Below are positions 48,587-60,517 of a DNA stretch of 64,000 bases, piece by piece. The notes under the pieces were generated by a model, which was not told where the DNA came from, made no database searches, and worked only from the letters and a program-made list of their open reading frames with translations. The stretch is taken from assembly GCA_963759765.1 (NCBI GenBank), contig CAVXAL010000002.1:621710-685709 (forward strand), given 5' to 3'. This stretch comes from Candidatus Aminicenantes bacterium (GTDB taxonomy: Bacteria > Acidobacteriota > Aminicenantia > UBA2199). The position numbers and the translations under genes are program-made. Each line of letters starts with the position of its first letter. Position 1 is the stretch's first letter.

Positions 48587-50500
48587 ATGAAAAAAACAAC
48601 TATCGTTTTGCTGCTGGTTTTTTCAATCCTGCTGTCTTTCCGGCTTTTAGCCAATGACCTGACCGTGCTCAATGTCAAGGTGCGATTTTTTGCTGCGCCC
48701 AAGCCTGCGGAAGCGGCTCAAGCCAGCGTGGTCACCTCCTATTACCTGAAAAATTTTTTCAGCGGCAGCATGGTCGGCGAGTTCGAACAGAGCAAGCAGA
48801 TGGCCGAATTGCGCCGTATCTTCAACCTGGCCGATCTCAGATTGCTCAGCGAGGGCAACCTGGTTTGCGACACGTCATCGGGCAAGAGCGCGTTCCAGGT
48901 GGTTCGCCTGAACAACAACGAGTACCTGATTGAGCTCACCCCCCAGATGCAGGGCGAGGATATCCGCTTCCGGGTCGCGATTTCTGCCAGAACGGAGCAG
49001 CAGGAGAGCCGCAGCCTGCTCGATTCGGAATTGACAATGCCTTTGGACAAAGTGGCCGTATTCGGCTTTCGCGACGAAAAAGAAAATGCGTATTTTCTCT
49101 CCTTTTTCGTGGAAGGTCTGGTAACCGGAACACAGAAGGCCGATGAGGTCATTCTCACCATCGGCAAAGATCTTTCACTAACAATCAACCACCAGGAGCC
49201 TCTGCCATTCGCTGCTCTGGAGAACCGGCTGCGTGAAATCTTCAAGGGCCGTCAGGACAAGGCCCTTGTCATCCATGCGGACAAAGCCATTGCCTATAAA
49301 GATGTACTTGGAGTCATTGATGCAGTCAAAGCCGCGGGTGTGCAAGTGATGGACGTTGTAACTCGATTGACCGCAGAGCAGCGGCCCAAGTTGATCAAGC
49401 AGGTTAAGCCCATTTACCCTGAAATAGCCCTGCAAGCGGCCATCCAGGGCATTGTCATTGTGGAGGTGGCCACGGACATTTACGGCCGGGTACAGCAGGC
49501 GCGGGTCATCACCGGCCATCCGTTGCTCAATGACGCGGCAGTCACCGCGGTCAAGCAATGGATCTATGAGCCGCTGATGATCAGTGGTGTTCCCAAGCCT
49601 GCCCTGTTTACCGTAACGGTGACTTTCGTGATGGCGGGAGAGGAAGGAAAATCAGCAGGTGCCAGTCTGATGAAGGGCGAAGAAGAAGGGATCCGCCGGG
49701 TCGCTGCGAATCAGCGGCCCAAGTTGATCAAGCAGGTTAAGCCCATTTACCCTGAAATAGCCGCGCTAGCGGCCATCCAAGGCAATGTGGTTATAGAGGC
49801 GGTCACAGACATTTACGGCCGGGTGCAACAGACGCGGGTCATCAGTGGCCATCCCCTGCTCAACGACGCGGCAGTCAATGCGGTCAAGCAATGGATCTAC
49901 GAACCCTGTATCGAGAACGGCAAGCCGGTTCCCGTGGTCTTTGCCGTGACTGTCACATTCCGATTGGGTCAGGATCAGATGAAAAGCGGTGTCGCGAGCG
50001 GGGTCAAAGGCGGACTGGAAGGCGGAGTGCAGGGAGGAGTGGCAGGCGGGGTCGAAGGTGGTGTATCCGGCGGCGTGGAGGGTGGAGTCGCCGGCAACAA
50101 AGAAGCCGCGGTCCCGTCCATCTGGCCGGTCAGAAAAGGGTATGTTTCACTCGGTTTCACCAATTTCATCAATCCGTTTACCGGTAAAAGCGAGTTTCAC
50201 GCTGCGGTCGATATTGCCGCTGCGACAGGAACGAAAGTAATGGCAGCGGCGGATGGCACAGTCGTGGGAGCGGAGACATTGCCACGCTATGGCAACGTGG
50301 TGGTCATTGACCATGGTTACGGATATCAGACCCGTTATGCCCGCCTGGATAAGATTCTTGTCAAAATGAAACAGAAAGTTAAACGCTTTGACGTGATCGG
50401 TACTGTGGGAAACACCGGTACCTCATCCACCGGTCCCCATTTGCATTATGAGGTCCGCTACTTCGATAAGCCGGTAGACCCCGTGAAATTCATAAAGTAG
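48587..50500 (+). CDS. multi-domain envelope protein: signal/TM - ExbD/TolR-like domain - two TonB C-terminal domains - Gly-rich linker - M23 metallopeptidase
   Basis: KALVIHADKAIAYKDVLGVIDAVKAAGVQV (ExbD-like); two copies of KPIYPEIA..AIQG.V..E...D.YGRVQQ.RVI.GHPLLNDAAV.AVKQWIYEP (TonB_C); GGV(E/Q/A/S) repeats; HAAVDIA...GPHLHYEV (M23 HxxxD / HxH). Confidence 0.7.
   Translation: MKKTTIVLLLVFSILLSFRLLANDLTVLNVKVRFFAAPKPAEAAQASVVTSYYLKNFFSGSMVGEFEQSKQMAELRRIFNLADLRLLSEGNLVCDTSSGKSAFQVVRLNNNEYLIELTPQMQGEDIRFRVAISARTEQQESRSLLDSELTMPLDKVAVFGFRDEKENAYFLSFFVEGLVTGTQKADEVILTIGKDLSLTINHQEPLPFAALENRLREIFKGRQDKALVIHADKAIAYKDVLGVIDAVKAAGVQVMDVVTRLTAEQRPKLIKQVKPIYPEIALQAAIQGIVIVEVATDIYGRVQQARVITGHPLLNDAAVTAVKQWIYEPLMISGVPKPALFTVTVTFVMAGEEGKSAGASLMKGEEEGIRRVAANQRPKLIKQVKPIYPEIAALAAIQGNVVIEAVTDIYGRVQQTRVISGHPLLNDAAVNAVKQWIYEPCIENGKPVPVVFAVTVTFRLGQDQMKSGVASGVKGGLEGGVQGGVAGGVEGGVSGGVEGGVAGNKEAAVPSIWPVRKGYVSLGFTNFINPFTGKSEFHAAVDIAAATGTKVMAAADGTVVGAETLPRYGNVVVIDHGYGYQTRYARLDKILVKMKQKVKRFDVIGTVGNTGTSSTGPHLHYEVRYFDKPVDPVKFIK
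49379..49906 (+). repeat. intragenic tandem duplication: two ~195-bp near-identical copies (49379..49573 and 49712..49906), 333 bp register, encoding the two TonB_C domains
   Basis: cagcggcccaagttgatcaagcaggttaagcccatttaccctgaaatagcc identical in both copies; ends gtcaagcaatggatcta(t/c)ga. Confidence 0.8.
49988..50097 (+). repeat. coding low-complexity 12-nt repeat (GGV-X)n encoding the Gly-rich linker
   Basis: GVASGVKGGLEGGVQGGVAGGVEGGVSGGVEGGVAG. Confidence 0.7.
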
Positions 50501-50567
50501 AAGCCGCCGGTTGAAAAATAGGAGCGTTTAATTTTTTTCTGGTAAAATATCTTTTGGGACCGTTTGG

Positions 50568-52073
50568 ATGCGAAAGATGAAAATGGCTGTCCCTGTTCTC
50601 TTGGGTCTGCTCTCTTTTTTCGGCTGCGGTACGAAAATCCCTGCCCCCCAAACAGCTCCCGCTGCAAGGCCGGAAGAGTTCCGGCTGCTGGTTGAACAGG
50701 GCGCCCGGGAGTTTGCCAAGATGTACTGGGCCGGGTGGAAAAACGCGGCCGGCTTTTATGAAAAAGCTCTGGGCCTGAGAAGCGATGCATCGGTGAGGCA
50801 GAAGCTTTTTGATTCCCTGCTGCTGACTCTCCTGCGTGAGCTGGAATTGAACCATTCCGATGAGGCGCTGTTTGATAAAATAAAAGCTCTGTTGCCGTCT
50901 TTGCCGGCCAGGGGAAACGGTGCCCTTTTCCCCTTCGTGGAGATGATGTTCCGCCAGAGCAGCAGCAAGCTCTCCGACCGCATGGCCATCGCCGCCGCGG
51001 AGTGGAACAAGTTCAAAACCAGCCCCATTCCCGATGACCCTACCCGCGACTGGAAAAGCTATATCCATCTCGTCCTGGTCGAGCGCTGGCGCGAATTTGA
51101 GGAGGCGCGCCAGGCGGAGAATGATTTCCTGAAGCGATTTACTGATACCCATCTGGCCCGCTTCGTTGACCGCAGCCGGCTGAGCGAACAGCAGCTCGAT
51201 CAGCTGCTTGCGGAAAATCCCGATTTTTACGAACTGCTGCTGCTGCGCGCCGCCAATGGCCTGGCCGTGAAAAAATTCCAGTCCGCGGCCCGGGATTTTC
51301 TGGCCGCTCTGGCGGCCATGCCTTTTTACACGGAAGGGTACATCAGCCTGGGCAACCTCTATTTGCGCCTGGACGACGAGGAGCAGGCGCTGGCCTATTA
51401 CGAGGATGCCCTGAAGCAGGCGCCGACCAGCGGTGTCGCCCTTTTCGGCAAGGGGGTCTGCCTGAGCAACCTGGGCCGGCTCGATGAATCCAGCGCGGTG
51501 CTGAAGCAGACGATCGAAAAACAGATTTTCTACCACGGCGAGGCCTACTATTACCTGGCCAAGAACCTTTACCTGCAGAACCGCAAGCAGGAATGCCGGG
51601 GCTTCAGCGAAAGCGCCCGCTCCTATATTCCTGACTCGGTCGAGCTCAACCTGCTGTCCGGCATCCTCTATCTGGAAGCGAGCCAGTGGCCCGAGGCCGA
51701 GCGGGACTTGCGCAGGGTGCTGGAGCAGAACAGTCAGGTAGCGGACGCTCATTTCTATCTGGGCCAGATTGCCTGGCGCGCGGGGAAAAAGTCGGATGCG
51801 CCGGACCATTTCCTGAAGGCGGCGCGCTGCCTGCGCCAGGAAGCCGCCTCCTTGGCTCAGAGGCGCGAAGAGATCGGCCGGACGGATATCCCCGATGAGC
51901 AGAGAGCACGAATCGGCAACAAGTTGAAGAAGACCGAGCAACGCACCCTGCAGGATGGCCTGTTGAGGTTGGACGGCGTGCTACCCCTGCTGGCGGGCAC
52001 GGCGCAGGAAAAAGAGATAACGGCCATCCGCGCCCAGCTGGCGATGCGGCTGCAGGAGCTGGCTCAGGACTGA
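50568..52073 (+). CDS. TPR-repeat lipoprotein
   Basis: Lipoprotein signal LLGLLSFFGCG; TPR units in C-terminal half. Confidence 0.7.
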   Translation: MRKMKMAVPVLLGLLSFFGCGTKIPAPQTAPAARPEEFRLLVEQGAREFAKMYWAGWKNAAGFYEKALGLRSDASVRQKLFDSLLLTLLRELELNHSDEALFDKIKALLPSLPARGNGALFPFVEMMFRQSSSKLSDRMAIAAAEWNKFKTSPIPDDPTRDWKSYIHLVLVERWREFEEARQAENDFLKRFTDTHLARFVDRSRLSEQQLDQLLAENPDFYELLLLRAANGLAVKKFQSAARDFLAALAAMPFYTEGYISLGNLYLRLDDEEQALAYYEDALKQAPTSGVALFGKGVCLSNLGRLDESSAVLKQTIEKQIFYHGEAYYYLAKNLYLQNRKQECRGFSESARSYIPDSVELNLLSGILYLEASQWPEAERDLRRVLEQNSQVADAHFYLGQIAWRAGKKSDAPDHFLKAARCLRQEAASLAQRREEIGRTDIPDEQRARIGNKLKKTEQRTLQDGLLRLDGVLPLLAGTAQEKEITAIRAQLAMRLQELAQD

Positions 52074-52525
52074 ATGTCGCGCGGCCCGCGCTCCCTGCTT
52101 TTCTTTTCGCTTTCACCCAGAAATTGCACGGCGATGCGGCGCTGGCGCGGCTTGTTGTCGAATTCCAGGAACACCACCTGCTGCCAGGTCCCCAGCAGCA
52201 GGCGCCGCTGAACGATGGGCACGACCAGCGATGGGCCGATCAGGGTGGCGCGCAGGTGTGAGTGGCCGTTGCCGTCGTGCCAGGTTTCGTCGTGCAGGTA
52301 GGTGTGCTTCTGGGGGATCAGTTTTTCCAGCAGCAGCGGTAGGTCCTGGATCAGGCCGGGTTCGTATTCCAGGGTGGAGAGTGCGGCGGTGGAGCCCGAA
52401 ACAAAAATCAGCGCCTGGCCGGCGGTCACGTGTGAATGGTCCAGCTTGTCTTGGATGGCAGCGGTCAGATCGACAATCTCGTTTCTACCCCGGGTGGAGA
52501 ATTCGATAAAATGGAGTTCAACCAT
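52064..52525 (-). CDS. YjbQ/UPF0047 family protein (secondary thiamine-phosphate synthase-like)
   Basis: ALIFVSGSTAALSTLEYEPG, THLHDETWHDGNGHSHLRA blocks. Confidence 0.7.
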   Translation of the reverse strand: MVELHFIEFSTRGRNEIVDLTAAIQDKLDHSHVTAGQALIFVSGSTAALSTLEYEPGLIQDLPLLLEKLIPQKHTYLHDETWHDGNGHSHLRATLIGPSLVVPIVQRRLLLGTWQQVVFLEFDNKPRQRRIAVQFLGESEKKSRERGPRDIQS

Positions 52526-52593
52526 GAGGCCATTATACAGGCCGCCCGCTCGATTGCAAAACCGCAGACGGGATGCTACAATGGGCCACCGCC

Positions 52594-53532
52594 ATGGATT
52601 ACCGTCGCATTCAGGAACCCGTCCGCGACCTCCTTGCCGCCAGCGACCGACTGCTCAAGGATACCATCCGCAGCCGGGTCCGGCTCATCCGCCGCTTGCA
52701 CGATTTTACGCCGATCAGCCAGGGCAAGAAAATCCGGCCGACCTTCCTCTTCCTGCTGGCCGGACTCAACGGGGTGGCGACCGAGGAGTTGCCCGCCATC
52801 GCGGCCGCCATCGAGCTGTTCCATCTCTCCAGCTTGATCCACGACGACATCGTGGATAATTCCGAGTGGCGCCGCGGCCGCCGGACCGCGCAGGCCCATT
52901 TCGGCAACCCGGCCAGCGTGCTCTGGGGAGACTACCTGTTCATGAATTCGCTGTACATGGTCCGCGGCCTGAAGGAGGAATTCATCACCGACGTGCTGGT
53001 CCGCGCCTCCTGCACCATGGTCGAGGGGCAGATTCTGGAACTGGAAAACAGTTTCAACTACCGTCTGACACCGCGAACCTATTTTGAAATCATCCGCAAG
53101 AAGACCTCCGCCCTCTTCGGTGCCATCGCCGAGATCGTCGGGCTGCTGGCGGACGGCGACAAAGAGCAGAGGGCAGCGATCAGCGAATTCGGCCGCAGTT
53201 TCGGCATGATGTTCCAGATCGGCGACGACCTGCTGGACATTTTTTCGGGAAATTCCGGCAAAGACCATTTCCGCGACCTGCAGGAAGGCAAAATCACCCT
53301 GCCCTATATCATCTTTCTCAAAACCCACGGTGCTGCGGCCCTGAAAAATTTTTCCAGAAAAAAAGCGAAGCTGCTGCGCCAATTTAACCAGGGACCGGTC
53401 AAAGCGGTCTGCCAGCAGGTCATCAAGCGCTTCACCCGGCGTGGCCTCCATTACCTGGAGGGATTCGACGATTCGCCCCACCGGCGCTCGCTGCTGGCGT
53501 TGCTGGAGTTCATTGCCCATCGTGACTACTGA
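52594..53532 (+). CDS. polyprenyl diphosphate synthase (IspB-like, trans-IPPS)
   Basis: First DDxxD (LIHDDIVDN) and second (QIGDDLLD) Asp-rich motifs. Confidence 0.8.
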   Translation: MDYRRIQEPVRDLLAASDRLLKDTIRSRVRLIRRLHDFTPISQGKKIRPTFLFLLAGLNGVATEELPAIAAAIELFHLSSLIHDDIVDNSEWRRGRRTAQAHFGNPASVLWGDYLFMNSLYMVRGLKEEFITDVLVRASCTMVEGQILELENSFNYRLTPRTYFEIIRKKTSALFGAIAEIVGLLADGDKEQRAAISEFGRSFGMMFQIGDDLLDIFSGNSGKDHFRDLQEGKITLPYIIFLKTHGAAALKNFSRKKAKLLRQFNQGPVKAVCQQVIKRFTRRGLHYLEGFDDSPHRRSLLALLEFIAHRDY

Positions 53533-54070
53533 AGAGCGCCTGGAAATCGAAGTCAAAATCCCGCTGTCCGACCCGGCCGGCGTGCGGCGCCGCATCGGCG
53601 AGCAGGGCTTCCGGCTGCGCGCGCAACGGGCATTCGAGCGCAATTTGGTTTTCGATTTTCCCGACGGGGGCTTGCAGCGCCGGGGGATACTCCTGCGCCT
53701 GCGCCAGCAGGGGGAGTCGGTCTGGCTGACCCTCAAGCAGCCAGCGGAAGCGGACGAGCGCTACAAGGTGCGCCGCGAACTGGAGGTGCGCCTGGACAGT
53801 TTCGGGGCGGCGCGGCAGATTCTGGAGGGACTGGGACTGCACGTCTCCTTTATCTACGAGAAGTACCGGGAGATTTTTTCCGCGGGCCGGGTTTCGCTGC
53901 TCCTGGATGAGACGCCGATCGGCACGTTTCTGGAGATCGAGGGGTCGCGTCCGGAGATCGACCGGGCGGCGGCTGCCCTCGGGTTTGCGCCGCAGCACTA
54001 TGTCTGCGACACCTACTTCCAGTTGTTCCAGAAATCCGGGCGGCCGGGCTTCATGACCTTTGCACCATGA
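53522..54070 (+). CDS. CYTH-domain protein (CyaB/thiamine-triphosphatase-like)
   Basis: GTG start 53522 overlapping ispB end by 11 nt; EIEVKIPL N-terminal EXEXK motif, central beta-barrel-like pattern. Confidence 0.6.
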   Translation: MTTEERLEIEVKIPLSDPAGVRRRIGEQGFRLRAQRAFERNLVFDFPDGGLQRRGILLRLRQQGESVWLTLKQPAEADERYKVRRELEVRLDSFGAARQILEGLGLHVSFIYEKYREIFSAGRVSLLLDETPIGTFLEIEGSRPEIDRAAAALGFAPQHYVCDTYFQLFQKSGRPGFMTFAP

Positions 54071-54912
54071 AATTTTTCGTGCTGGCCGGCGGGTATGGAA
54101 AGCGCGCCCGCCCCCTCTCCCTGGAGAAACCCAAGCCGGCGTTTCCCCTCAACGGCACGCCCCTGCTCACGCTGTTGCTCGACCTGTTCCGGCGCCAGGG
54201 AGTGGCGGAAGGTTTCATCAATCTCCATTATCTGGCCGAACAGGTCACACCCTTACTCGGCGAGCAGGCGCGGATTAAAGTTTTTTACGAAGAACGGCTG
54301 AGCGGCAGCCGCGTGTTGCAGCAGGCGCTGCCTTTTCTGGACGATTTCCTGCTGGTGGCCAACGGCGACGTGTTTCTGGATATTCCCATCCGGCGGCTGT
54401 GGGCAATGGCTTCGCAGCCGCAGGTGGACGGCGTGCTGCTGGTGCGCCGGCAAACGGCCGGTTACGCTTCCCTGCAAATCGCCGGCGGTACATTCAAAGG
54501 CACGGGGCGGGCCTCACCCGGGGGATGGATGTACACCGGCGTGGCCTTGTTTCGGCCGCAGGTGGTCGAAACCTTTGGCGCTCCGAACTTTTTCCGCTCG
54601 CTGGAAAAGGGAAGATTCCGCATCCGGGTGCTGGCCTATCGCGGCATCTGGCTCGATGTCGGCACACCCGCCGGTTATTACCGAGCCAATTTCCTTTACC
54701 GCAAACACCTCGGGCTCAAAGAAGGAAATGCGCTCTCGCCCCGGGTGCGCCTGGATGCGCGGGCGCGCCTGGAGCGCACGGTGGTCTGGGAAAACGCCCG
54801 CCTTGGGGGTCGCGTCCGGCTGCGCCGATGCATTGTCGGAGGAAGCGTGCGCCTGGTTGAGGGTGCGTACCAGAACCGGCTGATTCTGCAGCGGGGAATT
54901 TTCCCGTTCTGA
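54067..54912 (+). CDS. nucleotidyltransferase (NDP-sugar pyrophosphorylase family)
   Basis: VLAGGYGKRARPLS signature G-x-G-x-R motif; 281 aa. Confidence 0.75.
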   Translation: MKFFVLAGGYGKRARPLSLEKPKPAFPLNGTPLLTLLLDLFRRQGVAEGFINLHYLAEQVTPLLGEQARIKVFYEERLSGSRVLQQALPFLDDFLLVANGDVFLDIPIRRLWAMASQPQVDGVLLVRRQTAGYASLQIAGGTFKGTGRASPGGWMYTGVALFRPQVVETFGAPNFFRSLEKGRFRIRVLAYRGIWLDVGTPAGYYRANFLYRKHLGLKEGNALSPRVRLDARARLERTVVWENARLGGRVRLRRCIVGGSVRLVEGAYQNRLILQRGIFPF

Positions 54913-54963
54913 TGCTTGTTTTTTAATGCGCAACGGCTTAATATAGAAGACAAGGAGCCGACA

Positions 54964-55518
54964 ATGGACGAGTTGAATGGTTTGCTTGAACGGCTGCGGA
55001 CCCTGGTGGCCGGAGGTTTTTCGGAGAGCTCATTTCAAGATGCCATGAACAGCGTGGCTCATTTTTTCTCGACCAGCCTGGAACTGCAAATGGACGAGGT
55101 GTCGATCCTGATCACCGACAAGGACAAGGCGGTTCTTTCTTTTGCTTACCCCGCCTACCTGGTGGACAGCGGCATGATTCCGGTAACCTCGCCAGACGCC
55201 TTCGCGTCCATGATCTATCAGGCGGGACGGGGTTTCATCGAGAACAGTTTCAACCAACAGAAGCACCTGCACCTGTTCGAATTGATCCCGACCCCGGACA
55301 AAAAGGTCAAGCCGATCTGGAAGATCATGGGTACGGTGTTGAAGGCCAGCGGCGAGAAGTTCGGCGTGATCGAGCTCTCGCGCAAAGCCGAAGACAACCT
55401 GAAGGCCGGGGCCGATTTCAGCCGCGAGGATCTGGTTTTTTTGGAACGCTCGCTGGACAAGATCGCGCCTTCCCTCAAGAAGGTGCTGCCCGCCGATTTC
55501 CGGGGCAAGATTAAATAA
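54964..55518 (+). CDS. GAF-domain protein
   Basis: 185 aa single GAF-like fold (by pattern only). Confidence 0.5.
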   Translation: MDELNGLLERLRTLVAGGFSESSFQDAMNSVAHFFSTSLELQMDEVSILITDKDKAVLSFAYPAYLVDSGMIPVTSPDAFASMIYQAGRGFIENSFNQQKHLHLFELIPTPDKKVKPIWKIMGTVLKASGEKFGVIELSRKAEDNLKAGADFSREDLVFLERSLDKIAPSLKKVLPADFRGKIK

Positions 55519-56056
55519 TGAAAGAGCGGTTGAAAGAAATTCTCCTGAAAAAATCGGTGGTGGTCGGCCGCGAGTTCAAATTGGCCTCCGGCCGGACCAG
55601 CGATTTTTACGTCGACGCCCGCATGACCACCCTCGATGCCGAGGGCGCCACCCTCTGCGGCAAGATTTTTCTGGAGATGCTGCGGGGGTTTTCCGTTGCC
55701 GCGGTGGGCGGCTACTCGATCGGCGCCGATCCCATCGTGGCGGCCATCGCCGTGCTCAGTTTTCTGGAGGGTCGGCCGCTGCCCGCTTTCATTATCCGCA
55801 AGGAAGCAAAGTCCCACGGCACACTGAAGATGATCGAAGGCAACTTTCCTGGCCGTCAGCAGAGGGTGGCTCTGTTCGACGACGTGATCACCTCGGGCGG
55901 TTCGATTCTCAAGGGCGCCCAGCAGGTGGGGCAGCAGGGGGGAACGGTGGCGGTGATCATGGCCGTTCTCGATCGCCAGGAAGGAGGGCGGGAACTAATC
56001 GAAGCCGCCGGCTACCGCTTTCAATCGATTTTCACCAAGAAAGAGTTGCTCGGCTC

Positions 56057-56060
<4 letters not shown>
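55518..56060 (+). CDS. pyrE: orotate phosphoribosyltransferase
   Basis: PRPP-binding VALFDDVITSGGS motif. Confidence 0.85.
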
Positions 56061-58395
<2,335 letters not shown>

Positions 58396-58432
58396 TTAGC
58401 CAAACCGCCAGGATTAGTCAAACCGTTGCCGG

Positions 58433-58460
58433 TTGCAAAAAAAGTTCTCTTCCCTATAAT
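58433..58460 (+). promoter_or_regulatory. consensus sigma70 promoter TTGCAA-16-TATAAT
   Basis: ttgcaa aaaaagttctcttccc tataat aaggggggcggtgccgc atg. Confidence 0.4.
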
Positions 58461-58477
58461 AAGGGGGGCGGTGCCGC

Positions 58478-58669
58478 ATGACCTTGAACGACGTTATCGA
58501 TCTCTTCAAAAAGCGGCTGGCAAGTTCCAAAAGCGAGGAGGACCGCCAGCTTCTCCAGTGGCTGCTGGAATTGCGCACCATGCGGGATCAGCTCCGCCAG
58601 CTCAACCAGGAGAACGAAGCATTAAAAAAAGAATACGAGAAGCTGCTGCTGCAGCACAAAGGCGATTGA
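58478..58669 (+). CDS. small coiled-coil protein (63 aa), hypothetical
   Basis: Good promoter and SD (AAGGGGGG) upstream; heptad-like QLRQLNQENEALKKEYEKLLLQ; overlaps 3' end of etfA on opposite strand by ~80 nt. Confidence 0.4.
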   Translation: MTLNDVIDLFKKRLASSKSEEDRQLLQWLLELRTMRDQLRQLNQENEALKKEYEKLLLQHKGD

Positions 58670-58679
58670 GCGCGGCGGC

Positions 58680-59634
58680 TCACGCCGGAGCCAGCGTTTT
58701 TTTCAGTTCCTCTTTGAGTAGCGGTATTACGGTGAACAGATCGGCGATGATGCCATAGTCGGCCTTCTTGATGATGGGGGCTTCCGGGTCCTTGTTGATG
58801 GCCACGATCACCTTGGACGTTTTCATGCCCACAAAGTGCTGGATGGATCCGGAGATGCCGCAGGCTATGTAGATCTTGGGATTGACCACCTTTCCCGTTT
58901 GGCCGACCTGCATGTCCTGGGTGGCGAAGCCGGCGTCCACCGCGGCCCGCGAAGCGCCCACGCCGGCGCCAAGCACCTGGGCCAAATCCTCGAGCAGGGC
59001 GAAATTCTCTTTGGCTTTCATAGCCGCGGCCGCCGGAGACGATGATTTCGGCTTCGGGCAGGTCCACTTTTTTGGCCGTGCTGCGGGTTACTCCCGTGAT
59101 CTGGGTGCGCGCGGGGACGGCGGTCAGCGGACGGCTGATGCGGCGGGGGAGGGAGGTCGCGGTTGGAGGCTCCACGGCAATGACGTTGGGCCGGATGGCG
59201 TACAGCCGCTGGTCATCAACCAGCCGGTATTCGGCAAGCAGTTTACCCGCGTAGATCGGTTTGCTGGCCGTGTGGTTGGCCAAGTCCACGGCCAGGCAGT
59301 CGCTGACCAGGCTGCCCGGCACGCGCGCGGCCACGCGCACCAGCAGGTCTTTGCCTTGGGCGGAGCATCCGCCCAGAAAATCCTTGAGGCCGTGTTCGCG
59401 AATCACTTCGGCCAGGGTCTGGGCATAGCTGTCCGGCTGGTAGTCCAGGTTGCTGCCGGTGATCTGAACCAGCGTCTGGATCCCGGTTAACTCCTTTTCC
59501 AGGGCTTGCACCTCGTTGGCGAAGACCACCGCGGTGACGTCGCTGCCGCTCTTTCTGGCTAGGGTAAGCAGTTCCCGGTTGGTTTTTTTGAATTGCCCAT
59601 TTTTCAGCTCGATATATACTCCGATGGCGGACAT
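58680..59634 (-). pseudogene. etfA: electron transfer flavoprotein alpha subunit with one frameshift (~59030)
   Basis: N-terminal ORF (59634..) to ...[11 protein letters not shown] then C-terminal ORF 58680..59021 ([26 protein letters not shown]...[11 protein letters not shown]) in adjacent frame. Confidence 0.75.
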
Positions 59635-59644
59635 GGGGCGCTCC

Positions 59645-60415
59645 TTATAGTACTTTGGCTTCTTCTTTCAAAAGGCGGACCAGCTCGTGCACCGCTGCGG
59701 CGGGTTCGCCGGGAATGATTTTGCCTTGCAGTTTTTCCGGGGGCAGCGTCAACCGCTGCAGGGTCATTTTGTTGCCGGCGGCCGACACGCCGAGATCGCT
59801 GAGCTGCAGTTTGGCTATTTCAATTTTTTTGGCTTTCATGATGCCGATCACCGAGGCATAGCGTGGTGTGTTCAGCCCTTTGGCGGCGGCCACCACGCAG
59901 GGCACCGCCATGCGGATGGACTCCTTGTCACCGCCGTCGATGTCCCGCCCCACGGTGACCGCGCCGTCGCCGTAAGCGAAAGCGGTCACGTTGGTGGCCA
60001 CCGGGATGCCCAGTTCTTCGGCCAGCAGGATATGCACCTGGTAGGCGTCGTCGTCGATGGCCTGCTTGCCCATGAAGATGATCCCGAACGAGGCGTCGCG
60101 CCGGATCGCCTGGGCCAGGGCCAGGGCGGTTTGGCGATAATCCAGATAGTCGCCGCTCTGGATATGAACGGCTTTATCCGCACCCATGGCCAGGGCGGTG
60201 CGCAGGACGCTCTGCACCCGCTCGGGGCCAAGGGCCAAGGCTATGACGTTGGAGCCGGGGATTTTTTCCTTCAGGCGCAGGCTCTCTTCCATGGCGAATT
60301 CGTCGTAGGGATTCATGATCCACTTGATGGGAGCCTCGTTGATGGCGGTTCCGCCCTGAATGTGGATGGTGGCTTCCGTATCAGGAACTTGCTTGACGCA
60401 GACATACATATTCAT
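59645..60415 (-). CDS. etfB: electron transfer flavoprotein beta subunit
   Basis: MNMYVCVKQVPDTEA start, typical EtfB fold pattern. Confidence 0.8.
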   Translation of the reverse strand: MNMYVCVKQVPDTEATIHIQGGTAINEAPIKWIMNPYDEFAMEESLRLKEKIPGSNVIALALGPERVQSVLRTALAMGADKAVHIQSGDYLDYRQTALALAQAIRRDASFGIIFMGKQAIDDDAYQVHILLAEELGIPVATNVTAFAYGDGAVTVGRDIDGGDKESIRMAVPCVVAAAKGLNTPRYASVIGIMKAKKIEIAKLQLSDLGVSAAGNKMTLQRLTLPPEKLQGKIIPGEPAAAVHELVRLLKEEAKVL

Positions 60416-60517
60416 GCTGACCTCCTGAACAACCTTTGATAGCCTGGAAAATGCCGTGGACACAGCGGCTTGGGTGTGCGAAGGCACATGTATAACCGAA
60501 AACCGTCAAAAAGTCAA

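Noticed and set aside
49988-50097. Short-period 12-nt repeat, considered as possible CRISPR-like or minisatellite array
   Set aside because: It is in-frame coding (GGV-X)n low-complexity linker inside a long ORF, with no spacer-like unique segments.
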